Shown here: positions 55,110 to 64,000 of the stretch, piece by piece
Position numbering within the stretch: the first letter of the stretch is position 1
Layout of the letters: every line of letters begins with the position of its first letter
IMG/VR virus record: IMGVR_UViG_3300033068_001295
Length of the DNA stretch: 64,000 bases
DNA from: an uncultured virus (IMG/VR IMGVR_UViG_3300033068_001295)
Taxonomy: Duplodnaviria > Heunggongvirae > Uroviricota > Caudoviricetes
Reading direction: 5' to 3' (one strand)
The notes under the pieces: generated by a model
The model's input: only the letters and a program-made list of their open reading frames with translations
Told to the model about the DNA's origin: nothing
Databases searched by the model: none
Made by a program: the position numbers and the translations under genes

Positions 55110-55940
55110 TTAAAATAATTCTACAACTTTTAAATTTTTTGGAATAACTCCAAAAGCTTTGTCATATCCTTGTCCTGATATTAAATATTCAATGCCTTTA
55201 CTATTTGTTGTAAAAACTTGGTCAAATAGTTCAAATATTTCTGGTTTAGGTTTATTAATTGTAAGATGACTGACCGCTAAATACAACTTACCACAATTCC
55301 TTTCTTTTAACATTTTAGCTAGACCTATAAATGTACCACCATATACGCAAATATCATCAATAATTAAGATGTTTTTACCCTCAAAATCCTGTCTATCTAT
55401 AACTTGTACTAGTTTAGACTTTCCACTTTCAAAATTTCTTGCTTTGGATGCTCCGTAAATTTCTCCTGTCCAAGAAATCTTATCAGCTAGTTTCATTAAG
55501 GGTTTAAAACCCCCTGCATCACTTGAAAATAGTATAGTGTTTTTCTGATACTCCCCTTGAATACCTTTTCCACTGTTAAAATATTCAGAGAGAACTCGGC
55601 TAATAAATCCAAAGTTATCGATTATGTCAACTCTGTCAAGTAAAGCTTCTACAACTTCTGGGTTATGGGGGTGGAATATTTTAAAATTTGCTTTCATAGA
55701 ATTAAGAAATTTACAAACTAACTTTAAACCACTTGATTCGTTTTTATTAAACCTTCTATCGGCTTGGGCATCAATTAAATTAGGTATGATAACAGTGGGT
55801 GTAAACCCTTGATTGTTTAAAGCATCTACTGTTTGATTTAAGTGCCATAAATCCTCATAGGAGTTCACTCTGTAAGTCAGTCCTTGCGTTGGAAGTACTA
55901 CTGCGTAAGAAGTTCCATCAGGGTATTTTTCTATATTCAT
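55110..55940 (-). CDS. prs: ribose-phosphate pyrophosphokinase-like protein (candidate Adps)
   Basis: YPDG, AQADRRF, SSDAGG, PRPP-binding LIIDDICVYGGTF, LAVSH. Confidence 0.85.
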   Translation of the reverse strand: MNIEKYPDGTSYAVVLPTQGLTYRVNSYEDLWHLNQTVDALNNQGFTPTVIIPNLIDAQADRRFNKNESSGLKLVCKFLNSMKANFKIFHPHNPEVVEALLDRVDIIDNFGFISRVLSEYFNSGKGIQGEYQKNTILFSSDAGGFKPLMKLADKISWTGEIYGASKARNFESGKSKLVQVIDRQDFEGKNILIIDDICVYGGTFIGLAKMLKERNCGKLYLAVSHLTINKPKPEIFELFDQVFTTNSKGIEYLISGQGYDKAFGVIPKNLKVVELF

Positions 55941-56341
55941 TGTTTTACTTCTTTAATTAGTCTAGTTAAATCATTATAAACCTGTAATATGCCTGCTCGG
56001 TCATCTATATACACGTTTGCATAAACTTTTCTTGAATCTTTACCCGAAGCCCAATTTCCATTAATTTGTAAATTTTCATTTATTAAATCCCAAGGAATAT
56101 TGTTATCTGTAAGATAAATATCCATATCATTAATATTCTCACTGCCTGACCAAATAATTATCTTACATCCTATTGAATGTAGGTCTCTAACTAGTTGATG
56201 AACCATTTCATAAGATTCTCCTGTTCCGTGAAAATCAAAAAGAGTGTCGTCATAATCAACAGCAACAATTAAACTTCCATATTTATTATATTCAGCCCAC
56301 AATCTTTCGTAGGCTGAATTTGGTTGTAGATACTTATCCAT
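55937..56341 (-). CDS. HAD-like hydrolase
   Basis: IVAVDYDDTL, IIWS, KVYANVYIDDRA. Confidence 0.75.
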   Translation of the reverse strand: MDKYLQPNSAYERLWAEYNKYGSLIVAVDYDDTLFDFHGTGESYEMVHQLVRDLHSIGCKIIIWSGSENINDMDIYLTDNNIPWDLINENLQINGNWASGKDSRKVYANVYIDDRAGILQVYNDLTRLIKEVKQ

Positions 56342-57803
56342 TCAGTTTTTTTCTAATTTCTGTTAAAGTAGTGGTTCTTAAAAACTGTCCATTTTTAAAT
56401 AAAAGTTTTAGTTCATTTTTCTCTGAGTTAACTTCATTCCATGTACATTGGTCTTTTAATTTTCCGTTAAATACAGCTAACAAACCCTTTGCAGATTTTT
56501 TAGTCCCATCATCAGTAATAGGGTCTTTAAAAATTTCTCTTCCGACCCCATGTATCTCCACATACGTTGCTTTTACGGCACTGCCTTGATTATCACGAGT
56601 TGCATATCCCATAGAATAGGAGCCTACACCAAATACAACATTCGTAGATGCAAAGCCCTTCTCTTTTAATCTTTCACAAATCTCTTCTACTCTATCTAAC
56701 GTAATACTGTCTCCGTAAATTGCTCCAACATGTGAATCCAACACTTTAAATCCTTGGTCATTTACTGTTCCTCCAAAAACTTCCCAAAGTAATTCAATCG
56801 TCCCTTTGTATGCGTGGCTTTTTATTTCTTCACTAGAAAATAATTTATCTTTTCTAGTATTTAAACCACATAAAATGTCGGCAGGGTCTCCACTATCAGG
56901 TCTAAAAACTGCTTTACCCTCACGAGACATAATTTTATCTTTTAATTTTGGTAAAAATTCTGTCAATACTTTCCATAAATCAAATTGGTCACTAACCATA
57001 GATACAATTCCTGTTGGATATAAATCTAAAATTCTACTAAATGACTCTATTTCATTTTCTTTTCCGTATGCTGTCATCACAGCGTGTTCGGATGCAGGTA
57101 CAGAAAAGGCTACATCAGATGTACTATAATAATACTCAGAAGCTTGTAAAACAGGTAGTGTATCTGTGCCACTCGAACCGACTAAAAAGCCTAATGCGCT
57201 TGAAATTGCTGATTCTAAAGACTGCATACCTCTCATAGAAAAATCGTGACATTGAAACATTGTAAAAGGTAAGTTAGCTAAATCTGTTTCCGATGCATAT
57301 TTTTTTACCGTTTTATTGTATGCATAACTCATGGATGCAGAATGCATGGGTTTCCATAAAGTAGTAGAAATTAAGGTTTCTAAAAAGTTTGTTAACCAAT
57401 AGAAACTAGGAAGAGTGTTATGTATTGTTAGGATAGGCATTTTAGGCTCAATAATACTTCCCTCTTCTAAACCCCTTACTTCAATAGGTAAATATCCTAA
57501 GTCATGTAATTCTTCAAAATGAGATATATCATACTCTGACCCCAAATAAGAATTTAAGTGTTTCTGTAACTCATTACAAACAGAACTCTTTTCCCTAGAA
57601 AAGAAATTTTCTTTAAATAGGTCATTTATATACATCATGGTATACTGTGTTCCAAAAACAACTATTTCTTGAGCTTGTTTTGGCATATATTTTACGCTTC
57701 TGGGAGTAAAATTACTAAAAACTAAAGTGGTGTTTTTAGGATACATTAGATGGTGAGAAGACTTGTAACCATCGGTACATAATAGTGGATTTACTTTAAA
57801 CAT
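56334..57803 (-). CDS. nadV: nicotinamide phosphoribosyltransferase-like protein (candidate Namat)
   Basis: TDGYKSSH, HDFSMRG, VPASEHAVM, SDQFD, RPDSGDP, IYGDSIT, GVGS, KKSAKG. Confidence 0.9.
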   Translation of the reverse strand: MFKVNPLLCTDGYKSSHHLMYPKNTTLVFSNFTPRSVKYMPKQAQEIVVFGTQYTMMYINDLFKENFFSREKSSVCNELQKHLNSYLGSEYDISHFEELHDLGYLPIEVRGLEEGSIIEPKMPILTIHNTLPSFYWLTNFLETLISTTLWKPMHSASMSYAYNKTVKKYASETDLANLPFTMFQCHDFSMRGMQSLESAISSALGFLVGSSGTDTLPVLQASEYYYSTSDVAFSVPASEHAVMTAYGKENEIESFSRILDLYPTGIVSMVSDQFDLWKVLTEFLPKLKDKIMSREGKAVFRPDSGDPADILCGLNTRKDKLFSSEEIKSHAYKGTIELLWEVFGGTVNDQGFKVLDSHVGAIYGDSITLDRVEEICERLKEKGFASTNVVFGVGSYSMGYATRDNQGSAVKATYVEIHGVGREIFKDPITDDGTKKSAKGLLAVFNGKLKDQCTWNEVNSEKNELKLLFKNGQFLRTTTLTEIRKKLNG

Positions 57804-57840
57804 ATTTATTAATTTTAAATTTATACTGCAATATTATAAA

Positions 57841-57878
57841 AAATAATCCGAACTACAAAATATAATTCGGATTATTTT
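57841..57878. terminator. inverted repeat / probable terminator
   Basis: AAATAATCCGAA...TTCGGATTATTT. Confidence 0.6.
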
Positions 57879-57896
57879 AAAAATATGTATAAAATT

Positions 57897-60800
57897 TTAT
57901 TTCCCCTCGTCAGGATTTAACACCCAGCTTAAACTTATAAACGTCTCAGAATCTTCATTGAAGTGTTTGTAAATATCAGCCTCCTGGCGCATATTAGTTA
58001 GTCTAGTATAATCCTTAAAGAAAGGTACTAGTTTATTAATTGTTCGCCAAGACTGAGTTTCTCCCGCGTATCTTCCTCTTTTTACAATATCTCCGTTAAA
58101 AAGATTGTAAAACTTACCCATTTCCCCCATCATTTGAAGTGATACAACAGGTGACTTTACTTTTCCAACATATTGAATAGGTAATGCTATTGTTGATGAG
58201 GCTATCTCATTTCCTGTTCTGTAAGTGAAATAATAAGCTATATCAATTGCTTCATCAAAAAAGTCTTTTTCTTCGTCATCATCGCTTCTCATGTTAGCTA
58301 ATAAATACCCCATTAAAAATAAAGCATTTACTACTGCCACTTCTACTCCTGCTCTAACTAAATTTCTTCTTTGTGACTCTAATTCAGCTACATTTATTTC
58401 TCCTTTAGCGTCTTTTAAATTATCACCATTCCACATATTTTTTACATGCTGTAAGTAATTTGCTCCATTAGCTTTTCTATATCCGAAAGTTATGTCTTTT
58501 ATAAATCTTCCTAATGTTTGCCAATTTCCTTCTTCTATAAGTCCTGTTGCTAAATTCAAGTGTTTTTCTTTGAATTTTTTCTGGCTTGCTAGTAATAACC
58601 AACCTGAGTGCTGTAAGATTAAATTAGAGAGTGAGTGACGTGCCATCATAGATTTTTCTTCTTGTGGTATAGCCATATCTACGTCTTGCACAGCAATTTT
58701 AATTCTTGATGTAACCCCTAATATAAACTGATTGAAATATGTTTCTAATTCTTCCCCCTCTAAGCCTAGCTTTATTCCGATGTCTTTTTTATTAAATTCT
58801 AATTGGTTTTTATTTGTTAAAATATCTTTATAAAACAAATCCAATGACTTCCACTTAAGTTCAATATCTTTTAAATCTGTTACTCCCGTCGCTTTTTGAT
58901 AATCCTTAAATTGATTGTAGCTGTATATTTTACCTGAGCTATTTTCATCTTTTTTAAAGTATCTATTATCCATCAAAACTGCTAATACTGTGCGTGGTAT
59001 TGTGGGAAAAGATGCCATTTCATGTGTTGCGTGAGCTAATTTACCAAGACCTCTAGTGGATTTATTGTAATTTGAATTTGCAAATCTTCCTGAAACTAAT
59101 TCAGATTGTCCAAAAAACTCTAAAATTAAATTTAATGTGGACTTTGAATTTATCTGTAACATCTCCCCCATTGAAGCAGGAGCTAATTTTAAAAATTCTT
59201 TATTTCCTAATCTTGATGCTAGTGGATTTACTCTCTCTCCTACAATTGTTTCGACTGTTTTATTTACAGTGGATTGTAATACGTTTGTAAATGGTACAAC
59301 AACTCCCGATAAATTTACAAAACTAGAATATTTTATAAACCCTCTTAAGACTTTTGCTACGTCTACTTTTGTAAAACCTACATCAATACTGTAAGATAAG
59401 TTTTCTTTTATGCCGTAGAAGTTATAGTCTAAGAAACTTTGATACATTTTATATGTATTTGATGCCTCTGCGGATTTTCCTTCAAAACTTGTATCTAAAA
59501 TTGCTTTTTTAATAGACAACATATCTCCAATATTATCTACTCTTGCTCTATATAAAGCTGCTTGTTGACTCATTAAAGCATAAGAATAAAGTAATTCGTC
59601 AGATACATCATCCTGATTTTCTAACTTTTTTGTATAATACATAGGTATGATGTGGGCATTTAATCTTCTCTCTGCGGGATTACCCTCTAAATCTTGCCCA
59701 AATTCTGCTTCATCTTGTCTAAAATTAACTGTGTCTTCAATAGCCTCTTTCCAAACTTTAGGGTCTGACCATTTTTGAATTAAATCTTGTTTTTGACGAA
59801 GACCTCTTTTCCCCACTTGTGGTAATAAATAAAGATTATGGCTATCTGCAATACCACAGTCTTCTAAAGTCTTCTTTTGAACTTTCAATAAAGCATCGTA
59901 AACTTTTTTCTTGTTTGGATTATCGTCAAACATTGTCAAGAAACTCTCATCGTCGAAGTTATAAACATCTCCTTTAAAAAGTTTGTGTTTTAGTTTTATA
60001 TCTCCTTTTTTTATCTGAAGTCTTCCAATTTCTTTATTTTTTAAAAACTCAGGATTTACGTTTTCATTTACCGCATTTTCATAGAAAGAGAAATTTGGGC
60101 TCACTTGCACTAAAGGAGAATTACTAAACTCTTCTAGTCCTATGCTTCCATTTTTTAAATCTTGTAAAAGTTCTGTAAAACCTATTGGTTCAGTTCTTTT
60201 ATAATAAGGTAATAATTTTGACTCCGCAAATTTTAATAAAGCATTATCAAGAGTTTCTCCTTTCATGTCTAAAGATATAAATCTTTGCATGGTGTAAGGT
60301 ACTTCCGATACTTTATCTTTTTTGATATTTTCTACTAGAGTTAGAGCTTTTTCAATGTCTCTTTTACCCTGGTATGTTGTATGCTTTTGAATGAATTCAA
60401 TTTTATCATTTAATGCAGTTATTCCACTATCTTCTAAATCTTCTAAAAATGAGTCATTAACTGCCGACACGAAAAGATTTTCAGAATCTACTTGAAACTC
60501 TGTTTTTAAAAATTTATTGGCTTTTGAGAATAATGCAGACAAATCTTGAACAGCTTCTTTTACAACCGCTTTTTCAGATGAATGCATATTAGCTACATCT
60601 GTTTCTGTTGGTCTGTTGTAAACTCTATTGTTCTTTTGAATATATCTAATCTTTTGTTGATTAGTGTTGATACCTTTTATTAAATCGTCTATCTCTGCAT
60701 CGTTTTCTCCATTTTTAGCCTCTTCTAGTTTTTGTAACGCACTTTTATTTGCTCCGAAATTTTCCCAAAAGCTATCGTTAAATCCTACATAGGCGTTTAA

Positions 60801-63641
60801 GAATAAAAAATCTGTTTTTTCTTCAACCGTTTCATAGCTGTCCCACAATTCAAAAAACTTTCTAGGTATTTCTTTTGTCTCTCCTTTTTCAAAAGAGTTA
60901 CTAATAATGTCTGAAATCTGTTTTAAACCATAAGCTATTTCTGCTTCATCTGATGCATCATCTTCTAAAGTGTATTCGTATTTACCTGTTTCTTTGTTAT
61001 AGGTTGATACTATGCCTTGTTTTAGTTCTCCATCGGGGGTGTAAAAACTAGAGGCTTCGCTTCTTGTTCTATTTATTTCTTCTAGCTCCTCTCTATCATT
61101 TTTATCATAAATAGTGAGTCCATTTTTTGTAGCTCTTGCTCTGACTTCACTTCTCTCTGCGCGGTCTCTCTTATGAAAAGCCAACGCTTTTGGATAAACA
61201 ACAGAAAATTGTTTTTCTTGTGTTTTTAAATATTCGTCTGTGAAAAACCCTTCTTTCACTTCGCTCATAATGTCTTTAAAGTCCTTGTTGAAAGCCGACA
61301 ATTGTTCAGCATCAAAAGAATCTTCTAATCCATCTACATATTCCGTTACTTGCTCTGTGGCGATACTATTGTAAACTCTTAATTTAACCTCTTTTTCAAA
61401 AGCATCTAATTTCATATTATCAATGTCGTTTTTTAAATAACTACCATTGATAAACTCTTTTAGCATTTTAGGAGTGTATTCAGATTCCTCTAAAGTTTGG
61501 ACAAAAGGCTTAATTGTATTTAAAAAACTTTGTCTTGGCTCAGAAGTAGTATTTGCAATAACATCCCCCGCTAAATTTAAAAGAGGTGAACGGGCATGCA
61601 CTAAAGAACCTAAATATGCATGCATTACAGCCGTATCTTTTTGTGTGGCTACAATTGCTTTCTCCAAATATTCTCTTTGTTTGTCAGATAAATTATGTTT
61701 TATAGCCGTGTTATTTGTAAGGACTTGAATGGCATTATTTTTATACACCCCTAGTTTACCCTCTATTTCTGAAAACTTAGAAAGGGTTGTTGTGATTTCT
61801 TCCGCAATTGTTTTTTGGTCTTTTATAATTGAGTCTTGCTCTTGTTTTGAAAGAGGTGTTAGGTCTGCTGTTGTTAGTAAAGATTTCACCTCTAATAATA
61901 GTTGAGATATAACACCTTTATAAACTTCATAAACTGCGTTTTCTTCGTGGGTAAATGGAAATTCATCTTCTTTTTTACTGTGTATTGCGCGGTCTAGTTG
62001 TTCTACTTGCTTTTTAGCAATGGCTGTAATAGCTGATAACGCTTTTATTTTTGAATAAGCGTCTTCTTTCTCAGATAAGTCTTTTATCTTTCTTATGTTT
62101 ACAGATGTCTGTCCTTTACCTTTGGTTAATTGTTTTTGTTGCTTGTAAACCATATCTAATATCTCAGCCGATTTTTTATAAACCTCTGTGATTGGTGTTC
62201 TCTTAGATGTGTCAACTGAGAATAAAGCTATTTGCCTATTTTCAAGCTTTGTAAGGTCTAATTTATTAAATAAGGTATCTTGCATCAAATTGCTATAAAT
62301 GGAGTTCATATATCCATCTAATTCAGTTTGGTACTCAGATTTAAAATAGTTTTGTATTTTAGTGAAGAAATTATTGAAAATATCTTTTAACCTATTTAAA
62401 ATACTTCTTTCTGTTTCATTTTCCGCTGTATTTGCATCGAACTTGTTTTGAATAAATTCCGCCAATACTTTTCCTAATATCTCTTCTCTTACTAAATCTT
62501 CGTTTTTGTATATTTCAAAATAGGTTTTAGAATGTTGTGCCCATTGTTTTGTTTTATGTACATTTCTTAAAAGATTTACAATATCTTCTTTTGGAGTTGT
62601 TGCTACGATAAAGTGGGCTGTTTCTTCATTTAAATCTTGGGCTTCTACAATACCATCTTTAAATGCGATTATTTTTTCTGTTAAGTCTGCCAAAGCTTGC
62701 GCTGATGGTGGGACTCCGTTCTTCTTGCTGTATTTTTCTACATAATCCGCTAAGTTTAATGTTCTAATACCCATTTTCTTTAATAAAGAAAGGATATTTA
62801 GCTGTAACTCGTTCTCAGGAACAATTTTAATAGTGTCCTCTACCGCAGTTTGTGTAGGTGTTGCTTCTTTAACTGCTTGTACAGCTAACTCTCCAACAAA
62901 ATCTTCTGTCTTTGGTAGTTCTGTTGTGTCGAAATACATGTCTCCGTTAGAAAGTGTTTTTACAATTCTACCAAAAGATTCTTTAGCTTGTTTTTTAGCT
63001 ATTTCAGAGTTTATTATACGCTTTACTTTTGAATTTCCTGCGGGGGTGATTAACTTTCTTCCTTTACTATCAATATAAGATTTGTCAGAAAGTAGTCCTG
63101 ATTTAATTAAGTTATTAATTAACCCATTTATAGATTTTATATTTGTACTGGAATTTATGGTGTACAAAGTTTTTAATCCCTCTATTGTATTCAAACCAAC
63201 CTCTATTAACCCATCATTGGTGTTTTTCAATGCTTGGGAGTATGATGTAAATACCTCTCCTTTTGGTGTTGTGTATTTTAGAGTGTTAACTCTATTTTCA
63301 TCAATTGAAAAAGCTATAACAGGGGTTTGTGCGTCTTTTTGTGTTATAGGTGCTTCATACCAATCAAATCCATTTTCATCTGTTACTATTTCAACAGGTT
63401 TTTCTTTTTTTAGTATTTCGGCAAACTGCTTCAAGTCAAATACAGGAAGTGTAAGAGGTAGTTTATCTGCTATTCTTTCTAGCTTTGGAGACAACGTTTC
63501 TAAATAGATATTTAACGCCTCGTCAAAATCTGTAATTTGCGGATTACTGTAAATTTGGTCAAAAAGCGTATCTCTTTTACCATTTTCATCTAATACCCCT
63601 ACTCTATTGTTATCTTTGTCAAATAGTATTTTGCAATCCAT
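57897..63641 (-). CDS. 1914-aa probable virion/ejected protein
   Basis: Very long helical-looking ORF; LNEETAHF...EEILG metalloprotease-like segment; no decisive family motif. Confidence 0.55.
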   Translation of the reverse strand: MDCKILFDKDNNRVGVLDENGKRDTLFDQIYSNPQITDFDEALNIYLETLSPKLERIADKLPLTLPVFDLKQFAEILKKEKPVEIVTDENGFDWYEAPITQKDAQTPVIAFSIDENRVNTLKYTTPKGEVFTSYSQALKNTNDGLIEVGLNTIEGLKTLYTINSSTNIKSINGLINNLIKSGLLSDKSYIDSKGRKLITPAGNSKVKRIINSEIAKKQAKESFGRIVKTLSNGDMYFDTTELPKTEDFVGELAVQAVKEATPTQTAVEDTIKIVPENELQLNILSLLKKMGIRTLNLADYVEKYSKKNGVPPSAQALADLTEKIIAFKDGIVEAQDLNEETAHFIVATTPKEDIVNLLRNVHKTKQWAQHSKTYFEIYKNEDLVREEILGKVLAEFIQNKFDANTAENETERSILNRLKDIFNNFFTKIQNYFKSEYQTELDGYMNSIYSNLMQDTLFNKLDLTKLENRQIALFSVDTSKRTPITEVYKKSAEILDMVYKQQKQLTKGKGQTSVNIRKIKDLSEKEDAYSKIKALSAITAIAKKQVEQLDRAIHSKKEDEFPFTHEENAVYEVYKGVISQLLLEVKSLLTTADLTPLSKQEQDSIIKDQKTIAEEITTTLSKFSEIEGKLGVYKNNAIQVLTNNTAIKHNLSDKQREYLEKAIVATQKDTAVMHAYLGSLVHARSPLLNLAGDVIANTTSEPRQSFLNTIKPFVQTLEESEYTPKMLKEFINGSYLKNDIDNMKLDAFEKEVKLRVYNSIATEQVTEYVDGLEDSFDAEQLSAFNKDFKDIMSEVKEGFFTDEYLKTQEKQFSVVYPKALAFHKRDRAERSEVRARATKNGLTIYDKNDREELEEINRTRSEASSFYTPDGELKQGIVSTYNKETGKYEYTLEDDASDEAEIAYGLKQISDIISNSFEKGETKEIPRKFFELWDSYETVEEKTDFLFLNAYVGFNDSFWENFGANKSALQKLEEAKNGENDAEIDDLIKGINTNQQKIRYIQKNNRVYNRPTETDVANMHSSEKAVVKEAVQDLSALFSKANKFLKTEFQVDSENLFVSAVNDSFLEDLEDSGITALNDKIEFIQKHTTYQGKRDIEKALTLVENIKKDKVSEVPYTMQRFISLDMKGETLDNALLKFAESKLLPYYKRTEPIGFTELLQDLKNGSIGLEEFSNSPLVQVSPNFSFYENAVNENVNPEFLKNKEIGRLQIKKGDIKLKHKLFKGDVYNFDDESFLTMFDDNPNKKKVYDALLKVQKKTLEDCGIADSHNLYLLPQVGKRGLRQKQDLIQKWSDPKVWKEAIEDTVNFRQDEAEFGQDLEGNPAERRLNAHIIPMYYTKKLENQDDVSDELLYSYALMSQQAALYRARVDNIGDMLSIKKAILDTSFEGKSAEASNTYKMYQSFLDYNFYGIKENLSYSIDVGFTKVDVAKVLRGFIKYSSFVNLSGVVVPFTNVLQSTVNKTVETIVGERVNPLASRLGNKEFLKLAPASMGEMLQINSKSTLNLILEFFGQSELVSGRFANSNYNKSTRGLGKLAHATHEMASFPTIPRTVLAVLMDNRYFKKDENSSGKIYSYNQFKDYQKATGVTDLKDIELKWKSLDLFYKDILTNKNQLEFNKKDIGIKLGLEGEELETYFNQFILGVTSRIKIAVQDVDMAIPQEEKSMMARHSLSNLILQHSGWLLLASQKKFKEKHLNLATGLIEEGNWQTLGRFIKDITFGYRKANGANYLQHVKNMWNGDNLKDAKGEINVAELESQRRNLVRAGVEVAVVNALFLMGYLLANMRSDDDEEKDFFDEAIDIAYYFTYRTGNEIASSTIALPIQYVGKVKSPVVSLQMMGEMGKFYNLFNGDIVKRGRYAGETQSWRTINKLVPFFKDYTRLTNMRQEADIYKHFNEDSETFISLSWVLNPDEGK

Positions 63642-64000
63642 TATTTACAATTAAAATTTTCTTCTGTTATTTTATTTTTTTCTGTTTTCTTTAAATACTG
63701 ACTAGCATCTGTAAATTTACCTGGCGACTCATTTAAATATTGGTAAAATGATAAGTCTGTTTCTGTGGTAGGTTGCTCTACATTTACTTGATTATAACTG
63801 CCGACGTTTGTATTTATTTGCAAATATAATGATAAATCTCCAATGTTGTCTACTTTTTCGTAAATATTTTTATTTATTTTTATAAACTCCTCTGTTGTGT
63901 TTTTTGCAATTATCTCTGTATCATTGGCTAAAGTATATATTTGACCCTCGAAACTACTGACTAAATTCGGATTATTTATAACTTTATCGCGTCTGTTTTC
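63641..64000 (-). CDS. 3' end of a gene starting beyond the window
   Basis: Frame is open from nt 64000 (ENRRDKVINNPN...) to the stop at 63641. Confidence 0.75.
   Translation of the reverse strand, partial: ENRRDKVINNPNLVSSFEGQIYTLANDTEIIAKNTTEEFIKINKNIYEKVDNIGDLSLYLQINTNVGSYNQVNVEQPTTETDLSFYQYLNESPGKFTDASQYLKKTEKNKITEENFNCK

Noticed and set aside
57897..63641. Virion RNA polymerase as in crAss-like phages
   Set aside because: No DxDxD catalytic motif recognised
1..64000. Stop-codon reassignment
   Set aside because: Long genes are intact in the standard code and coding density is high

Overview
AT-rich, gene-dense 64-kb segment of a large tailed phage, most likely infecting Bacteroidota/Flavobacteriaceae (TAnnTTTG promoters, a T9SS-type cargo gene, a BT4734/VirE-N-like gene). 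1-52.4 kb is a + strand block of many small hypothetical genes plus replication functions (DnaB-like helicase, family A DNA polymerase, exonucleases, HNH nucleases). 52.5-64 kb is a - strand block with a PRS-like + NAMPT-like NAD pair and a 1914-aa probable virion protein. Two diversification systems stand out. (1) An integron-like cassette system: 14 single-gene cassettes (5 DNA methyltransferases plus a fragment) separated by TAAC...GTTA hairpins, each cassette bounded by its own inverted repeat with a conserved G.T mismatch at position 11, ending 52 bp before a tyrosine recombinase. There is also a 3-cassette satellite array and a solo cassette that interrupts a gene exactly at TAAC. (2) A compact DGR (RT + stem-enclosed TR, no avd seen) with three cognate small targets, one 16 kb away, plus an orphan target paralog. 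A D-arm-less tRNA-like RNA (CAT) and several structured intergenic RNA candidates are also present. All product calls are from motif recognition by eye; no searches were run.
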